NCBI RefSeq assembly: GCF_964204645.1
Contig: NC_134033.1
Coordinates: 14,454,655 to 14,518,654 of the forward strand
Direction of reading: 5' to 3'
DNA length: 64,000 nucleotides
DNA from: Tubulanus polymorphus
Lineage: Eukaryota; Animalia; Nemertea
Each line of letters starts with the position of its first letter. Position 1 is the stretch's first letter. The notes beneath the pieces are model-generated. The model did no database searches, was not told the origin of the DNA, and worked only from the letters and a program-made list of their open reading frames with translations. Positions 14,637 through 27,002 of the stretch are shown here, in pieces. The position numbers and the translations under genes are program-made.

Positions 14637-17600
14637 TCATTTCGAGTACCAGGTCCAGGTTTGACCACTTTTCTTCGCTTTTCCGGGCTTCTCTTCATAA
14701 TATGGTCCGCTACTCCAAGTCCAAGACGTACTGCCACCTGTTTTTCCAGTACCTTTCGTCGTCCATTTACTATTTTTTCTTCTTTTATTCCATTTTCCAT
14801 TCTTCCCACTTGATTTCCATTGACCATTGGAATTCTTAATCAATGAGTTCATTCCACCCTTACCACCATAAGTAAATGGTTTTAGAATCGTTCCAGATCT
14901 AACTTTTTTTCCATTCTCGTCAATGTACGACCACTGCCAGCGTCCAGCGCCACCACGTCCAGCCTTTTTGTTTAATGTACCTCCGCTATATTTGCCGCTT
15001 TGATATCTCTTTACCTTTACCTTTCCGCCCCAGAGTCCATTCTTGGAACCTATGTGACTCTGTTTACGGTTTTTCAATGAGCCGTATTTACCCAGTCTAT
15101 ATCTCATTTTCGGCCTAAATGTATAGCGTGTCTTAGCTCCAGTTCCTCCGTATCCGTACTTCCATCCACCACCACCTATCCCATGGCCTAATCCATGTTT
15201 ACCACCATGACCACCAGTTTTGAATCCTTTCCTTCTGTGTTTACCATTCATCTTAAAGCCACCGATTTGACTTCCACCGCCTCCCTTATAGCCTAATCCT
15301 TTGACACCACCAATTTTATAACCTTTCCTTCCGTGTTTACCATTCATCTTAAAGCCACCGATTCGACTTGCACCGCCTCCCTTATAGCCTAATCCTTTTC
15401 CACCACCAATTTTATAACCTTTTCTTCTGTGTTTACCATTCATCTTAAAGCCACCGATTCGACTTGCACCGCCGCTCTTATAGCCCAATCCTTTTCCACC
15501 ACCAATTTTATAACCTTTCCTTCTGTGTTTACCGTTCATCTTAAAGCCACCGATTCGACTTGCACCGCCGCTCTTATAGCCCAATCCTTTGACACCACCA
15601 ATTTTATAACCTTTTCTTCCGTGTTTACCATTCATCTTAAAGCCACCGATTCGACTTCCACCGCCTCCCTTATAGCCCAATCCTTTGACACCACCAATTT
15701 TATAACCTTTCCTTCCGTGTTTACCATTCATCTTAAAGCCACCGATTCGACTTGCACCGCCTCCCTTATAGCCCAATCCTTTGACACCACCAATTTTATA
15801 ACCTTTCCTTCCGTGTTTACCATTCATCTTAAAGCCACCGATTCGACTTCCACCGCCTCCCTTATAGCCCAATCCTTTGACACCACCAATTTTATAACCT
15901 TTTCTTCCGTGTTTACCATTCATCTTAAAGCCACCGATTCGACTTCCACCGCCTCCCTTATAGCCCAATCCTTTGACACCACCAATTTTATAACCTTTCC
16001 TTCTGTGTTTACCATTCATCTTAAAGCCACCGATTCGACTTCCACCGCCGCTCTTATAGCCTAATCCTTTTCTACCACCAATGTTATACCCTTTCCTTCC
16101 ATGTTTACCATTCGTTTTGGTACCACCCATCCAGCCCGAACCACCTTCAGTGTGGCCTAATCCCAGTCTACCACCATGAACAACAGTTTTGTATCTTCCA
16201 GTTCCATGTTTACCAATCATTCTTAAGCCACCAATGCGACCTCGACCACCTCCATTATAGCCGAATCCTTGTCTTTCACCATGGCCACCGCGTTTGTATA
16301 TTTTGGTTCCATGCTTTTTATGACGCTGTCCCTTGTGAGGCATCACATGTTTTCCTGCATGGTGTCCACGGTGTCCATGATATCCGTGATGGCTTGGTTT
16401 TCTATGGTAGTGTCCCTTGTGTGGCTTCATATGTTTTTCTGGATGATGTCCATGATGTCCTGGTTTCCGGCGATGGTGTCCCTTGTGAGGAATCATATGT
16501 TTTTCTGGATGATGTCCATGATGTCCTGGTTTTCCGTGATGGTGTCCCTTGTGAGGCATCATATGTTTTACTGGATGATGTCCATGATGTCCTGGTTTTC
16601 CGTGATTGTGTCCCTTCTGAGGCATCATATTTTTTTCTGGATGATTTTCATGATGTCCTGGTTTTCCGTGATGGTGTCCCTTGTGAGGCATCATATGTTT
16701 TTCTGGATGATGCCCATGGTTTCCTGGTTTTCCGTGAAGGTGTCCCTTGTGAGGCCTCATATGTTTTTCTTGATGATGTCCATGATGTCCCGGTTGTCCG
16801 TGATGGTGTCCCTTGTGAGGCATCATATGTTTTTCTGGATGATGCCCATGTCCCTTATGAGGCATCATATGTTTTTCTGGATGATGTACATGATGTCCAA
16901 GTTTTCCATGATTGTGTCGCTTCTGAGGCATCATATTTTTTACTGGATGATGTCCATGATGTCCTGGTTTTCCGTGATGATGTCCCTTGTGAGGCATCAT
17001 ATGTTTTTCTGGATGATGTCCATGATGTCCTGGTTTTCCGTGATGGTGTCCCTTGTGAGGCATCATATGTTTTTCCGGATGATGCCCATGATGTCCTGGT
17101 TTTCCGTGATGGTGTCCCTTCTGAGGTATCATATTTTTTACTGGATGATGTCCATGATGTCCCGGTTGTCCGTGATGGTGTCCCTTGTGAGGCATCATAT
17201 GTTTTTCTGGATGATGCCCATGTCCCTTATGAGGCATCATATGTTTTTCTGGATGATGTACATGATGTCCAAGTTTTCCATGATTGTGTCGCTTCTGAGG
17301 CATCATATTTTTTACTGGATGATGTCCATGATGTCCTGGTTTTCCGTGATGGTGTCCCTTGTGAGGAATCATATGTTTTTCTGGATGATGTCCATGATGT
17401 CCTGGTTTTCCGTGATGGTGTCCCTTGTGAGGCATCATATGTTTTTCCGGATGATGCCCATGATGTCCTGGTTTTCCGTGATGGTGTCCCTTCTGAGGTA
17501 TCATATTTTTTACTGGATGATGTCCATGATGTCCTGGTTTTCCGTGATGGTGTCCCTTGTGAGGCCTCATATGTTTTTCTGGATGATGTCCATGATGTCC

Positions 17601-20600
17601 TGGTTTTCCGTGATGGTGTCCCTTCTGAGGTATCATATTTTTTACTGGATGATGTCCATGATGTCCTGGTTTTCCGTGATGGTGTCCCTTGTGAGGCATC
17701 ATATGTTTTTCTGGATGATGTTCATAATGTCCTGGTTTTCCGTGATGGTGTCCCTTGTGAGGCTTCATATGTTTTTCTGGATGATGTCCATGATGTCCTG
17801 GTTTTCCGTGATGGTGTCCCTTGTGAGGCATCATATGTTTTTCTGGATGATGTCCATGATGTCCTGGTTTTCCGTGATGGTGTCCCTTGTGAGGCATCAT
17901 ATGTTTTTCTGGATGATGCCAATGATGTCCTGGTTTTCCGTGATGGTGTCCCTTGTGAGGAATCGTATGCTTTTCTGGATGATGTCCATGATGTCCTGGT
18001 TTTCCGTGATGGTGTCCCTTGTGAGGCATCATATGTTTTTCTGGATGATGTCCATGATGTCCCGGTTTTCCGGGATGGTGTCCCTTGTGAGGCCTCATAT
18101 GTTTTTCTGGATGATGTCCATGATGTCCCGGCTTTCCGTGATGGTGTCCCTTGTGAGGCCTCATATGTTTTTCTGGATGATGTCCATGACGTCCTGGTTT
18201 TCCGTGATGGTGTCCCTTGTGAGGCCTCATATGTTTTTCTGGATGATGTCCATGATGTCCTGGTTTTCCGGGATGGTGTCCCTTGTGAGGCATCATATGT
18301 TTTTCTGGATGATGTCCATGATGTCCTGGTTTTCCGGGATGGTGTCCCTTGTGAGGCCTCATATGTTTTTCTGGATGATGTCCATGACGTCCTGGTTTTC
18401 CGTGATGGTGTCCCTTGTGAGGCCTCATATGTTTTTCTGGATGGTGTCCATGATGTCCTGGTTTTCCGTGATGGTGTCCCTTGTGAGGCCTCATATGTTT
18501 TTCTGGATGATGTCCATGATGTCCTGGTTTTCCGTGATGGTGTCCCTTGTGAGGCATCATATTTTTTACTGGATGATGTCCATGATGTCCTGGTTTTCCG
18601 TGATGGTGTCCCTTGTGAGGCATCATATGTTTTTCAGGATGATGTCCATGATGTCCTGGTTTTCCGTGATGGTGTCCCTTGTGAGGCATCAAATGTTTTT
18701 CTGGATGATGTCGATGATGTCCTGGTTTTCCGGGATGGTGTCCCTTCTGAGGCATCATATGTTTTTCTGGATGATGTCCATGATGTCCTGGTTTTCCGTG
18801 AAGGTGTCCCTTGTGAGGCATCATATTTTTTACTGGATGATGTCCATGATGTCCTGGTTTTCCGTGATGGTGTCCCTTGTGAGGCATCATATGTTTTTCT
18901 GGATGATGTCCATGATGTCCTGGTTTTCCGTGATGGTGTCCCTTGTGAGGCATCATATGTTTTTCTGGATGATGTCCATGATGTCCTGGTTTTCCGTGAT
19001 GGTGTCCCTTGTGAGGCATCATATGTTTTTCTGGATGATGTCCATGATGTCCTGGTTTTCCGTGATGGTGTCCCTTGTGAGGCATCATATGTTTTTCTGG
19101 ATGATGTCCATTATGTCCGTGATGGCCTGGTTTTCTGTGGGTCTTGAGAGGCTTCATATGTTTTCCTGGAAGATGGTCATGATGTCCGTGATGTCCTGGT
19201 TTTCGATGACGATGTGCCTTTTGAGGCTTCATATGTTTTCCTGGATGATGTTCATGCTGCTCTGGTTGTGTATGATGGTAACCTTGCTTTCTAGGATTTT
19301 TTTTCGGTGGCCTATTAAATGAAGTTATCGGCAGTTTTGATGCAGGGGATAGAATGGGTCCGATTAACCGTGTTGGTCTTTCAACACGGGGCTGTGTCAG
19401 CTGAGCACTAGATGAAGGTACCGGAGCGGGAGCGTTTGACTTGTGCCTTGCACCAGGATGTTCTGATGGTCCATGCCCTTTTCCTAGTGGCTTCTTACCT
19501 TGTGGTTTTGCAGCAGGCTTCTTTGTCTCCTGCCCCTTTGGTTGAGGCTTCCTACCTTCTGGTTTCTTAGTCTCGGTTGGTTTCGGTTGTAGCCCCGCAC
19601 CAGGCAGCTGCATTGTTTCATGTATCTTTGGTTGAGGCTCTCTACCAACCGGTCTCCTAATTTCAGGTCTATTTGGTTGTGGCTTAGCACCAGGGGGCTT
19701 CCTTATTTCATGCCTCCTTTGTTTTTTCTTCATGCTAACAGGTTTCTTAGTTTTAGGTTTTGACTTCTCACCAGGTGGCTTCCGTGTTTTATGCCCCTTC
19801 TGTTGAAGTGTCGTACCGCTAGGCTTCTTTGTTTCGGGTCCATTTGGCTGTGGCCTCGCACCATGTGTCTTCATTATTTTTGGCCTCTTTGGTTGTTTTT
19901 TCGGTTTCTCAGCTTTAGGTTTTGACTTCGCACCAGGTGGCTTCCGTGTTTTATGACCATCTGCTTGTTTTCTCGTTTCAGGTACATTTGGTTGCTGTTT
20001 CATACCTGGAGATTTATTTGTTTTACGCCCACGTGGAGGCTTCGTAGCGTGTGCATACGAGGGTGGCTTGATCGGTCGTACAGTGACTGGTGCAGTTTTA
20101 TACCAAGGATATCGCGGTGACCAGTACGGGTAGTTGGGGTATGGTCCTATTGATTGCCTGTAAACTGGTTCACCGTTATAACCAATCAAAGGTTTGCCAC
20201 CTCGGTCGATTAGGGGACGGATCGGATACCCGCTAGAGCTGTAAATCATCCTACCGTTTGGACCTCGCACGAAATCACGCCATGGCATTCCGGGCCATGT
20301 TGGATTATCGTTGTTTCGATATCCCCGTTGGAGGGGATATCTCGGTGAAAACCGAAAATATCGTTGTTGTCTAAAGAAGGGTTCATATCTACTTGATGGA
20401 GACATCGGATACCATCGATCGCCGGGACTTCCATAATTCTTAGGAAAGTGATCTTCTGGAAGCCTTTTCGGAACAGGCTTTCTACGTTTATCGTTCGGAT
20501 TTTCTTCCCCGGCGCAATTGAATATTTTGTCCCTCACGAATGCCGGATTCTGGGCGTTACCAGCAGTCATTGTGACAAATCTATCACCAAAGAAGTCAAT

Positions 20601-22070
20601 ATCTTTAATCGGCTTATGCTTACCGATGAGGACGATTGTCACACCGAGACGTTTCAACACAGCCAATTCGTGCGAGCCTAAGTAATTATGTTTGACATCA
20701 CTGGTGAAAATAACGACATACTTGCGCGCGCCAGCTCTACCGTATCGCTTAAACATTACCCCTGCCTGGTTGTGTAATGAAGAAAGAAAATTGAGCGTAA
20801 AGGACTCGACAAGGCATATGGTCAAATATTCAAAATCATCTAGAACTGTTATGTATTTGTATAAATCTGTCTATTCAATAGTTCAATAATGTGTGTCATC
20901 ACACTTCTGATCTAAGAGGCAGAAAACAATGTAGTTTAATACAGCATTAGACAATCTCAACGTCATTTTGATTACAATAAGTTAAATCATCAGCGTGAAA
21001 GCTCCATTTCTTTGACTTTCACAATGCAGTTATGCCTCTTACTAAGGTATATACATATTTGTAATCCTTCCGATATATATGATGTCACGGTTCTGTGATA
21101 TACAGACCTGATAGAGACTCTCTTGAAGTCCGACCTGTTCAAATGGTGACGAACGCACGACGCACCATGCTGAAATCCGCTTAATAGCGCGGCGTAGGTC
21201 ACCCATACATCCGAACTCATTCATAGAGAATTCAACCTATAAAACATTTAAATTTCAACTAATAAGCAATCATATTTCGATCGGAAATTGAGGTGCAGCA
21301 GTTGACGATTAGTCCATAGGTTTCTCTGTCCCGATGACCTCACCCATACAGTGAGAGATATGGAAGTCACGAACGATGCTATGATTGGTTTAGCGATGGA
21401 AGTCAGATTTCCAGTTATTTTCAGTTTCACCTCATACTTACAGTAGGTTTGTAGGTGTATCTCATTACACCGATCCGCACGGTATCTTCATCTTCACCGG
21501 CGTTTACCGACTTCAACAGCGCGTTCGCCACATCCCGCAAGCTACCCGACATTCCCTGTGTCCCGCATCGAGCATCTTTTATAAACACTATATCTGCTTT
21601 GTAATCAGCCGGACAGCCATCTATTGATAAATAAGAAAATAATTTAGAAATGGAATAAGAATTGCATAAGCGTACGAAGTCAAACGAATAAAACATTTAG
21701 TGTTTGGAAGAGGCCCACCCTATATGCTGTCTTCGTATCGCATGGCTTTATCTAACATTCGCTGCTCTAGAAGGCAGTGACTACTGGAAAAGTGTGTTCG
21801 TTCATCTCTTAATACTGCGAAGAAACTAACCATAGACATCTACCATTCATTAAATAGGAAAAACAGAAAAATCAATGGATAGCTCATCTGTTATTAACAA
21901 TCAACTATTATTGTTGTACTGCACTGAATCTATGCTCTTATGGTTTACGTATTTTGTGGGCTATCGTAAAGATTATCTACGTCATTCGATCTAAACACTA
22001 ACTTACCATCGGCGATGATCAGTTGGTAATTCCAGACAACTGCCAACACGAAGAATAGTGTGGACGGCAT
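14637..22070 (-). CDS. Secreted ~2166-aa VWA-domain protein with His-rich and Gly/Lys/Tyr-rich tandem repeats (putative structural/adhesive protein)
   Basis: Exons 22007-22070 (MPSTLFFVLAVVWNYQLIIAD, signal peptide), 21442-21620, 21108-21236 and 14637-20765 are phase-consistent. They join into a VWA fold: ADIVFIKD..VRIGVMRYTYKPT|VEFSMNEF..LRRAIKRI..LYQ|AGVMFKRYGRAGARKYVVIFTSD..LKRLGVTIVLIG. A 6.1-kb terminal exon carries the repeats. A probable 5' UTR exon has its donor at ~22233. Confidence 0.9.
15210..16130 (-). repeat. Coding 96-bp tandem repeat (GGFKMNGKHGRKGYKIGGVKGLGYKGGGGSRI)n, 9 units plus degenerate flanks
   Basis: TCTTAAAGCC recurs every 96 bp from 15251 to 16019. Confidence 0.97.
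16330..19260 (-). repeat. Coding 66-bp tandem repeat (HHPEKHMMPHKGHHHGKPGHHG)n, ~43 units
   Basis: 22-aa unit with 9 His, plus a few 14-aa truncated units. Confidence 0.97.
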
Positions 22071-25000
22071 CGCTAGCCTGTGTCAAGGCTGAAATATATA
22101 TAATGCCCCTTTACATTAATTGTCATCGTCAAAAATGATTATCAATTAAAAGGATGATACGTAATATAAATGATAATGCATGTATGAAATGTAAAATTCA
22201 TACGTTTATGCTTCTTCGATCAAAAAAACTTACCTTTCGTCCACAGGTCTACAATAAAGAGACGTCTTTATGTCACTATTCGACCTGAATAGACCGGCGC
22301 TCATTTTATTTCGTGGTTTCTACTTGAGGTACGATGGGAGCATCTGTCGAAGGAACTTGAAATAGTTCGTGATTTGCTTTAGACATGAGTACGTGTTTTC
22401 ATTTTCGTACGCATCTCGACAAATATATATATATATATATATATAATACAATACATTAATTCTTTTAAGTCGTTTTTGCTTGAAAATTGTTAATTAATAT
22501 GTGGGGCGGGTTTCCCCGATCTAGCAGCTCTTAGCCACGGAATTACGACCGATTATAATGCGTATAAGGGCTATTAGAACGCACGCGCGCTGTGAATTCA
22601 AATTAGCCACAGAATTGAACGCAATATATTAACTAATTGCGTGAAACAAAAGACTTTCACGAAACTTCTCGCTATGTCGAAAACGTTATAAATCACTTCA
22701 ACAAATCGATTTCCCATTCTACATGACTTAAGCTTTATTCGTTGGCAAATCCACCGTAAAACGTGAAAATCCTACAACTGTAACTTAGGCTAACAGTTGA
22801 ACAGTTGATATGAAATAGGACACGAATCACTGTACAAATTACGGTAACTGACGTGTGTAGAAATAAGATCATTTCAAGGAGTGAAACCTTTGTTAAGGTT
22901 CACACAGAGGGATCGGAAAGAGTTACAATCGAAGCGGGTCAATAATATGTCTTTTCGAAAGGTTGCTGTTGTTTGCGAAATAAAATTTGAGCATTGAAAA
23001 TTATGTCAATCGGTGTTCTCGTCATTTGCCTCGTCATCTGATTGTTAGAAATCCGTCATCCGATCGATTTTATTTGATAAGGTTTTGAAGCGATAAACAA
23101 CGAAAAGATGAAAGATTTCGAAGTTTTAATTTGAACTGCTGGAATCATACGGTACCTAGATCAGCTTGCGCTGCTGATCCTAGTTGTCTAATTTCCTTCG
23201 ATTAAACTAAGCTCCGATGAACCACGCCGTTTCGATTTCCGTTTCATACATGAAAATGAAAGAAAAGTTTAATTAGTCTCCGAGCGCGGGGTTGATTGAT
23301 GTCAAACCTAGCGATTAGTTTGAGTTACCGGTCGTCCGTTTCAAATTACACGTGATTCACAATATTACAAATATCGCTTATACCCTAAATGTCAAGTAAA
23401 AATACAATGAAAATACAGTCGCGGATCCGGGAGGGGTCATTTGGGTGCAAGCACCCGGGAGAAAATTACTTCAGGTGCCTGGGCACCCCCTTAGGGAATT
23501 TGCCTAGGGATTCTTGATTATTTAGTTCAAGTTTTTCAACGCTACATTGCGAAATATACGTGCTATAATTTTGAATATTATTATGATTTAACAATGACGA
23601 AAAACACCTAGAATGCATGAAAGTAAGTAAGTAAGTAAGCCATCTCCACTTTGAAAACCTGCACCCAACCCTGAAATACCCCTAGTATTCTTGTTATGAA
23701 GTGTATACTTATTTTCAATACACTTTTATGAAAATCGCATTTAACTGAAAAAAACTAGTTTATTCCGAGATACAAACTCGGAATTAACGTCGGAAATTTT
23801 CGTAAAAATACATATGTCCCCAGGACGCTTCTGTAGACATCAATATATACTTTATTCGAGCGATCGCTTCTAACGGTGATATCATGATATTAATCTTCAT
23901 TCATTCGTCGTTTTAAGATTTCAGTAAATGTCTTCTTATACGTCTCATTTTCAGGACGCTCAGTTAGTTCATTTTCAATGTTTTAAGTCAAATTTAACTC
24001 GGAACTGTGGAACTGGGTCCACATAGTATCAGGTATGAAGCAGTCGCTTCCGCAATTCAGTCTGATTTCGTATGAATTTTGTTATGTGATGACACTCGTC
24101 GATAAACCGCTTAAAGATCGAGGCTAACAACACGGCGCGCGATATACAATTATCCTTAAAACAATCAGCGCGACGATGCATCGATCATCTTTTTTTTCTC
24201 GCCGCAGAAAAGGCAGGCAGGCGACGACGATCTGAACCAATCGAAGCGACAGTAGGATTAGCGCCGATGAAGAGAAATAAGATTTGATTACAAGATCGGC
24301 GATAGCTTTTTCAGTTTTTAACGTCTGCTCTGTCACGCGATAATCAAACGCTTAAAGGTCTGTATGTATGTAAGTTTAGGCTAGAAAATGATACCCTGTC
24401 TCTTCGTCCGCTGATCCGTCTTAAAAATTGACCCGGCTGGCCACCTCTGTACAACATTTTTTTTAAATCTATATCATGCTAACCATAACATACCCGGCAG
24501 CTATAGAAATGAACTGATTACAAATTCTTTTGCTCTTTACAAAAGTGACCCGGTCGATTAGGAGAAACCAGGTATCATTTTTAGCCTAATTTCCATGAAT
24601 AATACGTTTACAAGGATTTAAAGGAATGGGCTGAGCTTGTGGGACGAATGATACAGTAGGTCCTAGCCCACGAATGAGAAACTTCGGCTGTAAACTGTTT
24701 TACTTAGAAGTTGACACCAATTAAGTGACCATTCAGAAGAGCTTAAGAAAAAATCAGAGATCGAGAGAGACGTGTGTCTTTGGGTTTTATATCCATGTAG
24801 ACTTTGTTATCGTAACATCTAAAGCAATAACCAGGAATTATCAATACTGACCGTGATGACCAGTACGCAGGACTTTCTTGATTGATCAGGACGTCACGTG
24901 TCCTGAGCAATCGTCTTACGGAACAGTAATCTCCATAGATTGAAAAAAAGTTTTCTGTTTTGTTCGATATATTGGTACTTAACAAGAAATTAATCCAATA

Positions 25001-25644
25001 AAACATATATGAATAACGTAAAAATCATAAAAAACATTTTTTCTCTAAATCTCTGACTCGTTCTTAAACACTTTCGAGTTGTGGCAAAAATTCCGAATGC
25101 ACTTATTTTATTCGATCAATTTTCGATGAAGCCGATTCATACGAACTTGTCTAACAGTCGTGTCTGGTAAATGCGTTCGACGGGTTCTAAACGATATTTC
25201 TGAAAGGAAACATACTTGCTGCATCCTTCAACCCTTCAACCGGCACGTACTTATCGAGCATTTTATCAGAGCACATCGGGGATGGTCCCTGCCGAACGCC
25301 GTCGCCAATTAGTAGTTGTAAAAAAGAAGTAACAATTAATTTTCTTGAAGCGACCATGAGCAGAAGATTCCCGATAGATGTCTCTGCTAAAATGATTAAA
25401 TGTTGTCCGAGAATAACGATAGATGTCGCTGATGATCGCATGGTTCTCGTAACAGCTCCCTCAGATACCTCTTCTAAATACCGGATTCCCTTCTCGAGTG
25501 CAGGATTCTTATCTTAATTTGCACATAAACGCCAGTATCTGTAAAGCCTAGCGTGCATCGGAATAGCCACTGATCGTATCCGCTATCCACTATCCAATAT
25601 CCAATATCCCGGTATCGCATTTGAGATTTTCAGGACTTTCCAGA

Positions 25645-25860
25645 AGTGATATGTTGTGCCATGAAATGGGCGATGAGTTTCATGTGCTCCTGAAATGTAA
25701 TTAATATTCTGATTTGCGCCAGAAACATATACCAAAGTTTGATTGGCAGTGGCCAAACGTTATCAAGTCCAGGACATTGCTTAATTAAAGAAAAAGTATC
25801 CTTATTTTTGAAGTTAATTTTGCAAGCTAGAAAAATGATGCAGAACTATCTTCTACAAAC
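25645..25860 (+). mobile_element. Decayed 3' end of a non-LTR retrotransposon ORF2 (C-terminal CCHC-like region)
   Basis: Translates to MGDEFHVLLKCN*YSDLRQKHIPK, resembling the (G/E)DExHxLLxC..LRxKY motif at LINE ORF2 C-termini; contains an in-frame stop. Confidence 0.55.
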
Positions 25861-26427
25861 TAGCGCAGACATTTATATATTTCCTCATTTTCTTGTAATG
25901 AAAATACGGGATAAAGTTGAAATGCTGACTTTTACAATAAATAGCCACTCGCTAGTGAGTGAGTGCTCTGCAAACATCGAAACATCGAAAAACTGGTGTA
26001 AACCGGCAATTGCATGGCTCCGAGCTTCGTGCTTCGTGGGGGCCAAGCAAAAACCAGAAGGCCAGAAGAACACATTCAAGCAGCTGATTGCATCCAGCCA
26101 GTTCCTCTCATGCGCCGAAAACTGCCTTGCAACTTGTTGTCTCCGGTTAGCTTAAACGCAGGTCAACTCCACCGAGTGAGGAAAATAAAGAAAAAAGACA
26201 ATTACTCCGGTTTAACCTACAGAGCGTTTATCGATTTATTGTCATACTCGTTTAAAGTCGAATTCTCATTCGAAATAGCGTCAAATTTTTATATATCATC
26301 AGATTGTATGTGAAATTACATGAAGTTTTATTCAAAAGGTTGACTTTGATAAATCTTGGTTACTATACGTTCGGCTTATCAAATTGAACGGTAAGCGTGT
26401 GTTCCGAGGCATCTAGTAAATTCGCTT

Positions 26428-27002
26428 TTACTTCCGTTTAGCTGCTTCTGCCTTTCGTCTTTCAATCTCTTCTTTTTCCGCTTTGCCTACAGATACGTAG
26501 AAAGAACAAATATTTCGATATTTTTACCACATCAAGTCGGGCATGATTCCTATCGATGGGTCTCTACATTCAGTGAAGGATTCATTTTCTATCTAATTGT
26601 GGGTGTAAGATTAGGATTGTTCGACATACATAATTTTCCTCATATTTCCTTCTGGCATTTTCCCCTGGCATTTTTACCTATGGCGTGAATTTTCCTTTGG
26701 CATTTTTACCTCTCGCATTTTTACTTCTGGCATTATTGCCTATGGCATTTTTACCTCTGGATTCACAGGGTCCAGTTCCACCGTTCTGAGTTATATGACT
26801 TTTAACTCAGAGTTAACTTGAACTCACAGCTGTGGAACTGGATCCAGTTGATTTTGTTGTATATCATAGTTTTAAACTTACTCAGCGGCTTATCCGCGCG
26901 ATAAACGTCACTTGCCGGTTGTGACGTCATTCCAACTGCCATAGTAAGAGCGGTGCCATCTTGCGGTGGTCTTTGATCGGGCTGTTCTTGTTTTTCAGAC
27001 AT
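26428..27002 (-). CDS. Small unknown protein (~59 aa, 2 coding exons), paralog of the gene at 44229-45151
   Basis: Exons 26882-27002 and 26428-26486 (phase 1): MSEKQEQPDQRPPQDGTALTMAVGMTSQPASDVYRADKPLS|KAEKEEIERRKAEAAKRK*. The start codon is uncertain. Confidence 0.65.
26650..26760. repeat. Degenerate ~15-bp tandem repeat (TGGCATTTTTACCTA-like)
   Basis: About 6-7 imperfect units. Confidence 0.7.
26768..26845. mobile_element. Short palindromic MITE with GG(A/G)(T/C)CCAGTT termini (PIF/Harbinger-like). Relatives at ~27430-27522, 23960-24020, 47678-47770, 50400-50790, 51576-51688
   Basis: TIRs GGxCCAGTTCCACAG ... CTGTGGAACTGGxTCC, or GGxCCxGTTTTATAGACT ... AGTCTATAAAACxxGG, around an internal GAGTTAACTC motif. 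Superfamily assignment is inferred. Confidence 0.7.

Noticed and set aside
15429-16064. 211-aa repetitive + strand ORF
   Set aside because: Antisense shadow of the 96-bp Gly/Lys repeat
16269-19322. 1017-aa Met-rich and 917-aa (16394-19147) ORFs on the + strand
   Set aside because: Antisense shadows of the 66-bp His repeat, which lacks stops in those frames. The - strand frame has the signal peptide, VWA domain and splice support.
20766-20825. N-terminus of the 2062-aa ORF as the real start
   Set aside because: This stretch is intronic. The acceptor at 20766-67 joins upstream exons that complete the VWA domain and supply the signal peptide.
25187-25441. GVRQG motif suggesting reverse transcriptase
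   Set aside because: No following LSPxLF or YADD motif, and it is on the opposite strand to the nearby LINE remnant
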